Shown here: piece after piece, positions 28,103 through 40,091 of the stretch
Numbering within the stretch: position 1 is the stretch's first letter
How the letters are laid out: the number at the start of each line of letters is the position of its first letter
NCBI GenBank assembly: GCA_964016885.1
Contig: OZ024742.1
Coordinates: forward strand, 243,784,001 to 243,848,000
Source of the DNA: Eledone cirrhosa
Taxonomy: Eukaryota
Length of the DNA: 64,000 nt
Direction: 5' to 3'
Notes under the pieces: model-generated
Databases searched by the model: none
The model's input: only the letters and a program-made list of their open reading frames with translations
Told to the model about the DNA's origin: nothing
Made by a program: the position numbers and the translations under genes

Positions 28103-28430
28103 AGGCACATGGCTTAGTGGTTAGAGCATTGACCTTGCAATCGAAAGGTTGTGAGTTCAATTCTCAGACCGGGTGATGTGTTGTTTCCTTGAGCAAGACA
28201 CTTTATTTCACATTGCTCCAGTTTACTCAGCTGTAGAAAGAGATGATAGGGACTGAGGACCCTATCATTCCACTGTAAAGTGGTCGTGGAGGTGCCACGG
28301 CAAAAAAGCACCCAGCTCTCACTGTAAATGAGGTTGGTGTTAGGAAGGGCATCCAGCTGTAGAAATCAAGCCAGAATCAGTCCCCGTCCCACCCTTGCAA
28401 GCAGGGAAAAGCGGACGTAAAATGAAATGA

Positions 28431-28434
<4 letters not shown>
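28101..28434 (+). mobile_element. tRNA-derived SINE family 2 (CORE-like block plus RTE 3' tail)
   Basis: A-box TGGCTTAGTGG, B-box GAGTTCAATTC, 'ccttgagcaagacactt' block, and tail 'cccttgcaagcagggaaaagcggacgtaaaatga'. Confidence 0.93.
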
Positions 28435-28490
<56 letters not shown>

Positions 28491-28563
28491 TATATATATA
28501 TCATATATAAACGTAAAATGATGATGATGATGATGATGATATATATATATATATATATATATT

Positions 28564-29060
28564 ATCATCATCATCATCATCATCATCATTTTACGTCCGC
28601 TTTTCCCTGCTTGCAAGGGTGGGACGGGTCTCATTCAGCACAGCATCTCTCCACTCGTCACGGTCCCTCATCATCTCCACCGTGAGCTTCAATGATCTGA
28701 GGTCTGTTCTCACCACCTCCGCCCATGTTTTTCGTGGTCTACCTCTACTACGTCTTCCTCTAACTGGCAATTCCTGGCACTTCTTCACCCATCGGTCATC
28801 CTCCATGCGCATCACATGTCCATACCACCTCAGTCTCCTCTCCCGTACACTACATTCTATCCCTCTCAGACACAGTTTCGCTCTCAACATATTCACGCAC
28901 ATTTACACTGCACATCCAACGGAGCATGCTTGCCTCATTTCTCTCCAGCCGTTGCAGGACCTCTGCAGTTACTGCCCATGTCTCACTACCATGCAGCATC
29001 GCGCTCCTCACACAGGTATCATACAACCGGCCTTTCGTACGCAGGGTTCTTCTTCGTCAA
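28564..29060 (-). mobile_element. RTE LINE family C 3' fragment (partner LINE of SINE family 2)
   Basis: 'RRLRWYGHVMRMEDDRWVKKC...GRPRKTW...RPTLASREKRT*'. The last ~45 bp are identical to the SINE2 tail. Confidence 0.92.
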
Positions 29061-29648
29061 CATATCATATATATATATCATTATATATATATCTATATAT
29101 ATATATATCATATATATATATATCATATATATATATATATATATCATATATATATATATATATATATCATATATATATATATATCATATATATATATCAT
29201 ATATATATATATATATCATATATATATATATCATATATATATATATATATATCATATATATATATATATATCATATATATATATATATATATATATACCA
29301 TATATATATATATCATATATCATATATATCATATATCATATATATATATCATATATCATATATATATATCATATATCATATATATATATATATATATATA
29401 TCATATATATATATATATCGTATATATACGATTATATATATATATATATACGATTATATATATACGATTATATATATATATATATACGATATATATATAT
29501 ATATATATATATAATCGTATATATATATAATCGTGTATATATATATATATATATCGTATATATATATATATATCGTATATATATATATATATGTATCGTA
29601 TATATATATATATATATCGTATATATATATATATATATATCGTATATA

Positions 29649-32168
29649 TCATCATCATCATCATCATCATCACCGTTTTACGTCCGTTCTTCCACGCTAG
29701 CATGGGTTAGACGGGTTGTCCTGTTGTGGGCAGTGTCTGGTCGGCTGACCATGCCTTGCTCATACAGGAACTGATCTGGCTTGATTTCTACAGCTGGATG
29801 CCCTTCCTAACACCAACCTCATTTACAGTGAGTGCTGGGTGCTTTTTCGTGGCGCCTACACGTCCACTTTACAGTGTGGGCTGGGTGCTTTTTTGCCGTG
29901 GCACCTCCACGACCACCTTGCGGTGGGGGGGGGGGGGCATATTGTTTATATGCTTCAGCATGTACCCATGGGAGGTCGGGTACCCTGTATTACTGCCTGA
30001 CGCCAGAAGTCACGGTCGTGTGTCATTGACTTTGAGAGGTGTAGTTGGGTAAGGTCGGCTTTTATCACCTCATCCCAAGTCATCTTGGGTCTCCCCACTC
30101 CGCGGTTTCCATCAACTTCTAGTGCTCTGCACCTTTTTATGCAGCTGTCATCCTTCATACGCATCACATGTCCATACCAGCGTAACCGCCTCTCCTGCAC
30201 GCAGCATTTGATTCCTCTTATGCTCAGTCTCTCTCTCAATTCATTTATGCTTTGTCGTTCACGTATATTACTGTTACACATCCATCGGAGCATGCAGGCT
30301 TCGTTTCTCTCTAATCTACGTAAGTCTTCCACCTTCAGCGCCCAGGTCTCACTACCATGCAACATCGCTGTTCGGATACACGCATCATACAGTCTGCCTT
30401 TCATTCTGAGGGAGAAGCCTTTTGCAGCTAGCAGTGGTAGTAGTTCCCTAAACTTCTTCCATCCCGTTCTTACCCTAGTTATTGTACTTTCTGAGCACCC
30501 ACCTCCGTTGCTAATTCGGTCACCTAGGTAGCAGAAGCTGTCTACTGTTTCTACAGGGCCCTCCCAGAGATTGGTGGTACTTGTTTCCTGTGGCTGTTTG
30601 CTTGCTGTTTCAGCACAGCTGCTGCATGTGAATCCTACATTCTTAATTAAGCTTCCTGAGATCCCGCTACATCTCTTGTGTACCCATTGTTTGCATTTGG
30701 GGCAAAGAATGGAGTTCCTACCTACACCTTTCCTACATACTGAGCAAGGCCATTTCCCTGAGGGGATCTGGGTTCTGTTTTCTCGTCTACTTATAAGGAC
30801 CTTAGTCTTTGTCATGTTGACTTTGAGGCCCTTTCTCTCTAGTCCCTGCTTCCAGGTTTGGAATTTATTCTCTAGTTCTACCATAGATTCAGCTATGAGT
30901 GCGAGGTCATCAGCATACAGGAGTTCCCATGGGCATCCGGTCTTAAACTCCTCCGTTATTGCCTGCAGGACTATGATGAACAGGAGAGGGCTAAGAACAG
31001 AGCCCTGGTGGACCCCAACCTGTACGCTAAATTCCTCGCTATACTCATTGCCAATCCTAACTTTGCTGACTGCTCCCCTATACATGGCTTGTACCGCTTT
31101 CACAAGCCATTCATCTACTCCTAGTTTTCTAAGAGCCCACCAGATTACTGCACGTGGAACTCTGTCAAAGGCTTTCTCAAGGTCGACAAATGCCAAGTAG
31201 AGTGGCTTACTTTTAGCTAGGTACTTTTCCTGTAATTGCCTCACAAGGAAGAGCGCATCAGTGGTGCCTTTCCCTGGAACAAACCCAAATTGCATCTCGT
31301 CTATATTCACCCGGTCCCTAATCAGCTGTGCTATAACTCTTTCTGTTACTTTCATGACCTGGTCCATCAACTTTATACCTCTTTAGTTTCCTCTATCTAG
31401 TGCATCGCCTTTACCTTTGTAGCAGTTGACAATGATGCTACTGCACCAATCTTTTGGTATGGCCCCCTCTAGTATTACCTGGTTAACGATACGTGTGGTT
31501 ATAGTGTGACCTACAGACCCAGATGCCTTCAGCATCTCGGCAGCTATACCCGATGGACCGGTTGCCTTCCCTATCTTCATATCTCTGATTGCCTTACTTA
31601 CTACGCTGCCGCTGACTTGTACTGCTGGTCCCTCTATAGGGTCTACGTGGGGTAGGGTCTCTTCTTCCCATGCATTCTCCTCATTTAGTAATCTATCATA
31701 ATGACTCTTCCATGCATCTTTCTTCTCAGCACTTGTGAGGGCAAGCTCACCTTTATCATTCCGGATACACTTCTCTCCAATGACATCACAACTATCTCTG
31801 ACACACTGCCTCGCAATCTTGAATACCTCCTGTTTCTGGTCCTCACGTTGTAAAACATGCTTGAATTTTCTATCCTCTGCTTCCCTCCTAGCTAAGTATA
31901 CTTGTCGCCTAGCTTCCCTCTTGGTCTCTATGTAATGTACCCTGCTCCCCCCGTTCTTCCATTCTTTCCATGCCTGTCTCTTGGCCTTGACTGCTTCATC
32001 TACCTTATTGTTCCACCACCAAGTCACTCTCCTCCTGCTTGAAGTCTTACTCCAGCCACAAACCTCATCCGTCGCCTCTAGTAAGTTATTTTTTAGGAAC
32101 TCCCAGTTCTCTTCTACGTTAAATGTCTCTATCTGTTCTTCTTTACTGTCGTAGGCGTTGAGTAAAAT
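29649..32168 (-). mobile_element. RTE family B LINE, 5'-truncated; ORF2 in one frame with a single premature stop
   Basis: 32168 to 29955 is one frame. Stop at 31383-31385 replaces Tyr in NYRG. Motifs 'AFVDLEKAFDRV', 'QGSVLSPLLF', 'YADD', and a C4HC3 finger. Confidence 0.96.
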
Positions 32169-32195
32169 ATCTATATATATAAAATATATATATAT

Positions 32196-32301
<106 letters not shown>

Positions 32302-32317
32302 TATATATATATATATC

Positions 32318-32375
<58 letters not shown>

Positions 32376-32538
32376 TACATATATATATATCGTATATATA
32401 TATATATATATATCGTATATATATATATATATATATCGTATATATATATATTTATATCGTATATATATATATATATTTATATCGTATATATATATATATA
32501 TATTTATATCGTATATATATATATATATATTTATATCG

Positions 32539-32611
<73 letters not shown>

Positions 32612-32621
32612 ATATATATAT

Positions 32622-33240
32622 ATCATCATCATCATCATCATCAACGTTTAACGTCCGTGTTCCACGCTTGCATGGGTTTGGACGGGGGTAGTCCCACTTG
32701 AGGCAAGAGTGATTGTCTTGCTCGCATAGGACTGTCTGGCAGGTTTTCTACAGTTGGATGCCCTTCCTAACACCAACCACATTTACAGTGTGGGTCTGGG
32801 AGGTTTTTACCGTGTTGCCTACACGGCCACATTACAGCGTGGACTGTGTGTTTTTTTGTCGTGACACCTACACGATCTCATTTGTTTCGGCCTGGATGGC
32901 GCGGCACCAACATAACTTTACATAGAATGGGGTGGTGTGGATGGGGTGGGGGTGGTGGGACGGGGGTGTATTTTGTTAGGGATGCCTACTGGCTGGAGTA
33001 GGTTTTACTATATATTTAGGTAAGGCGGGTCTTCTCTGTTACCGAGTACCGCCAAAGGTCTCGGTCCTGTGACATTGTCTTGGAGAGGTGTAAGTGTGTG
33101 ATGTCGGAGTTTATCAGCTCGTCCCAGGTTTTTCTAGGTCTGCCTATTCCGTGACTACCGTCTATCTTTATTGCCCTGCACTTTGTTATACAGCTATCGA
33201 CTTTCATGCGCATCACGTGTCCATACCAACGTAGCCTTCT
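32622..33240 (-). mobile_element. RTE family A, short 3' end
   Basis: Reverse complement of ~35505-36113 with a few substitutions. Confidence 0.95.
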
Positions 33241-33879
33241 AGGTCTCTAGCTATTGTTAGGCTAGATAAATAAATAAATAAAGAAAGAAAGAAATAAAGA
33301 AAGAAATAAAGAAATAACGAAATAAGTAAATGAACTAGGTGGGACGGATAGGCAAGGACCCTTTTAAGAGGTATAAGTACGTAAATCATACGGTGACGGG
33401 TCAACAAATGGGGCCAAAATACTAAAGAGACTGCCACGAAATAAATAATAAAGGTTTCTATCCCGGGTGCAATGCCAGCAACCACCCCAGCAACCACCCG
33501 GTGCAGCAAAGTAAACTAGTACGAGATAATAATTCTGAGTCCCCAAAAAAATATATACTAATGCTAACTCTAAAAGATCTTAAACAAGCTACATGAAAGT
33601 TCGTACGAAGTAAAGGTAGAATACGGAAAAATAAATTCAGAATCCACCCCGCCCAAAAGAAAAGCGAAGAAAGAAATACTGAAACGAGAAAATAAGGCAT
33701 AAGTGCCACTAAGAAATATAGAAGGCACGGAAAATAGTGGGAGCAGTCGGAAAAAGGGGGCAAGTATCCGGGGTCTAAACCAACTGCTATAAAAAGCGGA
33801 GTCCGCCAAATCTATCATAGACTAGGGGAGGGGGTGGGGGTACTAAGGCTACAAGGGGCCAAAGGGCAGCCTCGGGTGG
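33241..33879. other. Unassigned CpG-rich, A-rich segment fused between two head-to-head RTE copies (possible RTE 5' UTR)
   Basis: No other copy in the window. No TA spacer at either junction. TATAAAA at 33789-33795. Confidence 0.4.
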
Positions 33880-36113
33880 GCAATGCGTCAAGGAAAACCG
33901 TGATATTGTCGGGGAGAAGTGTGTACTTAACGATGATGGCATACTTGCCATCACCGACGTTGATAAGAAGGTAGCTTGGAAGTGTCACTATGAAAGGCTA
34001 CTAAATGAGGAGAATAAATGGGAGAAAGACAGTCTCCCCCATATCGACCCAATAGAGGGACCAGCAGTGTTAGTCGAGGGGAGTATAATAAGTAAGGCAA
34101 TCAAGGATATGAAGACGGGTAAGGCGGCTGGGCCTTCGGAAATAGTTGCTGAGATGCTGAAGGCATCTGGCACGGTGGGACACACCATGGTCACCCGCAT
34201 AGTTAACCAAGTCGTACAGAATGGGGTTGTTCCGAAGGACTGGCATAGCAGCATCATCGTTAACTGTTATAAGGGTAAAGGAGACGCCCTAGATAGGAGT
34301 AACTATAGAGGCATTAAATTAATCGACCAGGTCATGAAGGTCACGGAAAAAGTAATAGCGCAACTAATCAGAGAGAGAATTGACCTCGATGAAATGCAGT
34401 TCGGGTTTGTGTCAGGCAAAAGTACCACAGACGCTCTTTTCATAGTACGACAACTACAGGAGAAGTACCTAGCTAAAGGTAAACCCCCTCTACTTAGCTT
34501 TTGTCGACTTGGAGAAAGCCTTCGACAGAGTCCCCCGCTCCATTATCTGGTGGGCTCTTAGAAAACTAGGCGTTGACGAATGGCTTGTGAGGGCTATACA
34601 AGCCATGTATAAAGAAACAGTCAGCAAGGTTAGAATTAACAACGAATATAGTGAAGAGTTTAGCGTAAAAGTTGGCGTCCATCAGGGCTCTGTTCTCAGC
34701 CCCCTACTATTTATTATTGCCCTTCAGGCTATAACAGAGGAGTTCAAGACAGGCTGCCCATGGGAACTCCTATACGCAGATGACCTGACACTCATAGCGG
34801 AACCAATGGCCGAGCTAGAGAAGAAATTCCAAACATGGAAGCACGGCCTAGAGTCAAAAGGACTTAAAATTAACCTGGCTAAGACCAAAGTTCTAGTTTG
34901 TAGGAAAGAAAACAAGGCGGCGGTCCCTTCTGGGAAATGGTCGTGCTCGGTGTGTAGGAAAGGCGTAGGTAGAAACTCCATTTTATGTCCTAAATGCAAA
35001 GTATGGGTGCATAAAAGATGTAGTGGGATCACAGGTAAGCTAACTAAGAACATAGATTTTACATGTGGCCGGTGTTCTGGTGCAATAAGTAGCAGCAAGT
35101 GCCCACAAAATACTAGCTCTTTCAATTGCGCAGAGGGTTCTATAGAAATAGTGGACAGCTTCCGTTACCTGGGCGATAAAATCAGCAGTGGAGGAGGGTG
35201 CTCTGAAAGTACTGTAGCTAGAGTCAGAACTGGTTGGAAAAAGTTCAGAGAGCTTATACCACTATTAGCTGCTAAAGGGTTCTCCCTAAAAATGAAAGGC
35301 AGGTTGTACGATGCCTGCATACGAACAGCAATGTTGCATGGCAGTGAGACCTGGGCATTGTGTGCAGAGGATATACGCAGACTAGAGAGGAACGAAGCTT
35401 GCATGCTCCGCTGGATGTGTAACAGTAATATACGTGAACGGCAAAGCATAAACGAACTAAGGAAAAAATTAGAGATAAGAGGGATCAGATGTTGTTTACT
35501 CGAGAGAAGGCTACGTTGGTATGGACACGTGATGCGCATGAAAGTCGATAGCTGTATAACAAAGTGCAGGGCAATAAAGATAGACAGTAGCCACGGAATA
35601 GGCAGACCTAGAAAAACCTGGGACGAGCTGATAAACTCCGACCTCACACACTTACACCTCTCCAAGACAATGTCACTGGACCGAGACCTTTGGCGGTACT
35701 CAGTAACAGAGAAGACCCGCCTTACCTAAATATATAGTAAAACCTACTCCAGCCAGTAGGCATCTCTAACAAAATACACCCCGTCCCACCCCCACCCCAT
35801 CCACACCACCCCATTTTATGTAAAGTTATGTTGGTGCCGCGCCATCCAGGCCGAAACAAATGAGATCGTGTAGGTGTCACGACAAAAAAACACACAGTCC
35901 ACGCTGTAATGTGGCCGTGTAGGCAACACGGTAAAAACCTCCCAGACCCACACTGTAAATATGGTTGGTGTTAGGAAGGGCATCCAACTGTAGAAAACCT
36001 GCCAGACAGTCCTATGCGAGCAAGACAATCACTCTTGCCTCAAGTGGGACTAGCCCCGTCCAAACCCATGCAAGCGTGGAACACGGACGTTAAACGTTGA
36101 TGATGATGATGAT
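33880..36113 (+). mobile_element. RTE family A LINE with RT, PHD-type finger and C-terminus; one +1 frameshift
   Basis: ORFs 34067-34561 and 34509-35729 with YADD. 3' UTR and (GAT)n tail running into a TA array. Confidence 0.96.
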
Positions 36114-37440
<1,327 letters not shown>

Positions 37441-38148
37441 TGTATATATGTGTGTGAGTGTGTGATATGTAAAAGAGCCAATAAAAACAAAACCCGGCGA
37501 AACATAATATCTCTGCCTTTTTCTTCAGTTAGGTAGTTCCTGGTCATTTGTTGAGTTTTATAGAGATTATAGCATGCTTGTGTATGTGATTTAAGTAAGG
37601 TTAAGGGATTTAAAGTATAGAATATCAAAATAAATATTATTCAAAAACATAACAGAGGAAATCAACTCCATCTTCACTGTGATGAAGAGAGAAAGACAGA
37701 GAGAGAGAGAGAGAGCAACATAGATACTATAACTCTGGGAAATAGCCTACAATAGGAATCTCAGTAGAGAATATACAGAAGCTCTCAGGGTTAAGTAGTG
37801 GCAACAAATAATTCTGGAATTCCAGAGAGGATAGGCATATACATGCTCCCATTCCTAAATTTGTTCTCCATATTCACACACACATAGTGGTTAACCACAT
37901 ATTTATGTGTGTGTGTGTGTGATGTGTGATGTGTGTGTGTGTGTTGTTACATTCTTCATTGTACCTGATGCTGGGATGAATTAGATGCCACATTACTGAC
38001 CAGGATAGTTCTTATTTAGATTTATTGCCCTCCTAGATAGGTGACGGGATTTGTTCTTCGCTATGAGCTGCATATTTTTATAATTTTTGTATGATTATAT
38101 ATATGTGGTAATAATTCACCATGGTTATCAAAATGTATATATGTATGT

Positions 38149-38480
38149 ATCATCATCATCATCATCATACGTCCGCTTTTCCCTGCTTGCAAGGGTGGGA
38201 CGGGAATTGATTCTGGCTTGATTTCTACAGCTGGATGCCCTTCCTAACACCAACCTCATTTACTGTAAGTGCTGGGTACTTTTTTTGCTGTGGCACCTCC
38301 ACGACCACTTTGCAGTGGAATGATATGGACCCCAATCCCTATCATCTCATTTCTACAGCTGAGTAAACTGGAGCAATGTGAAATAAAGTGTCTTGCTCAA
38401 GGAAACAACACATCACCCAGTCTGAGAATTGAACTCTCAACGTTTCGATTGCAAGGCCAATGCTCTAACCACTAAGCCAT
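38149..38480 (-). mobile_element. SINE family 2
   Basis: Reverse complement of 28101-28434. Confidence 0.93.
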
Positions 38481-38494
38481 ATATATATATATCA

Positions 38495-38733
38495 TTATCA
38501 TCATTGTCATGTTAATGTTCGCTTTCCCTGCTAGCAAGGGTTGAGCTGGTTCATACAGACCAAGTCAGTACTGAAGTGGTGCCACCGAACTCCCAGGCAG
38601 GCCAGGGATTTGTGTCTCGCTTAAGTACTGCCTCACATTCTGAGTGCCCAGGATCGGTTGTCATACCTTTGACATATCTGAGAGTCCTCCTAATCTTTTG
38701 TTTGGCAAGATTTCTATGGCTGGATGCCCTTCC
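38495..38733 (-). mobile_element. Older RTE-tail non-autonomous element or SINE 3' half
   Basis: 'ggaagggcatccagccatagaaa' block and 'cccttgctagcagggaaagcgaac' tail on the minus strand. Confidence 0.65.
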
Positions 38734-38763
38734 TATATATATATATATATATAGGAAGGGCAT

Positions 38764-38814
<51 letters not shown>

Positions 38815-39143
38815 TAGGTGATTCAGTGAATTAATGGTGATTGTAACAAAACAAGCACTCTATGCACAGGAGAATGTAACACTATATTTTTTTGTCACAT
38901 CGCGAGTCTGAAGATTGATAATGGAGTCGGGTCCCTAACTCCTACGGATGACCCTGAGCCAATCCTCTGCGAAATGTTTTATGTCCTTGAGCAAGACACT
39001 TTATTTCACGTTGCTCCTTCTACCTGGTGTTGCGACCGATAGATAGTATTAGCGATTAGAAAGACCAACAGAAACATTGATTCCTCGTTCCGATTTGACG
39101 AAAGTCGCTCGACAAAATAAAAGAAAAAAAAAGAAAAAAAGTG

Positions 39144-39216
<73 letters not shown>

Positions 39217-39276
39217 GAAGTATTTCCATAGAAAGGGTGAAAGAAGGGAGAGTGCTCTATGTGTAATAAATAACAC

Positions 39277-39442
39277 AAAACAATTATTCCATTTACTAAA
39301 GGTTTCACGAAGACAGGCAAGCTCAACAGAGACGTCTGAATGAAAAGTTAATATTAAATTTTCATTCTGATGAACGATTTCAGACGTCTCTGTTGAGCTC
39401 GCTTGTCTTCTTGAAACTTTTGGTAAATGGAATAATTGTTTT
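39277..39442. repeat. Long palindrome (64-bp arms with 5 mismatches, plus inner arms)
   Basis: 39277-39340 versus 39379-39442. Inner GAATGAAAA/TTTTCATTC arms around TTAATATTAA. Confidence 0.95.
39360..39432 (+). ncRNA. Type I hammerhead ribozyme motif (Penelope-like type)
   Basis: Stem I UUUCAUU/AAUGGAA (7 bp with one G:U), CUGAUGA at 39367-39373, GAAAC at 39413-39417, loop UUUUG, GUA cleavage triplet at 39423-39425. AATAAA and an A-run follow. Confidence 0.7.
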
Positions 39443-39455
39443 ATTACATAAATAA

Positions 39456-39489
<34 letters not shown>

Positions 39490-39495
39490 TATATG

Positions 39496-39592
39496 TGTGT
39501 TTGTGCATAGAACGATAAAAACAGAAGTCAGGTGCAGGTAAACTATCTATCTAAATCTGACTTCTGTTTTTATTGTTCTATGCACAAACACA
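39496..39592. repeat. 36-bp inverted repeat with a 25-nt loop
   Basis: 39496-39531 versus 39557-39592. The single mismatch is G:U on the plus strand. Confidence 0.95.
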
Positions 39593-39757
39593 TATATGTA
39601 AATGAATTTGGACGGATTTTTTTTCGAGGATATCGTAAGCAGTGATCACCTACCACAAAATCTACCGGTCACACTGCTGAATCATGCTGCCACCATCCTT
39701 CCAAGGTCATATTGAGTTCTAACATTATCAGCCCCACCACAACCAGGTGGATTATGA

Positions 39758-40091
39758 TCATTTCATTTCATTTTACGTCCGCTTTTTCCCTGCTTGCAAG
39801 GGTGGGACGGGAACTGATTCTGGCTTGATTTCTACAGCTGGATGCCCTTCCTAACACCAACCTCATTTACAGTGAGTGCTGGGTGCTTTTTTGCCGTGGC
39901 ACCTCCACGACCACTTTACAGTGGAATGATAGGGACCCCTGTCCCTATCATCTCATTTCTACAGCTGAGTAAACTGGAGCAATTTGAAATAAAGTGTCTT
40001 GCTCAAGGAAACACATCACCCGGTCTGAGAATTGAACTCACAACCTTTCGATTGCAAGGCCAATGCTCTAACCACTAAGCCATGTGACTCC
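39758..40091 (-). mobile_element. SINE family 2
   Basis: Full-length reverse copy. Confidence 0.93.

Noticed and set aside
28101-28175. tRNA gene
   Set aside because: A and B boxes are present, but the sequence continues into a SINE body in every copy. It is a tRNA-derived head, not a tRNA.
38890-39120. Possible third hammerhead (CTGAAGA at ~38906 ... CGAAAGTCGCTCGAC, then AATAAA)
   Set aside because: Stems I and III cannot both be formed convincingly, and a SINE fragment interrupts it. At most a decayed PLE relic.
39625-39656. 'DIVSSDHLP', resembling the AP-endonuclease SDH motif
   Set aside because: Too short, with no flanking endonuclease motifs.
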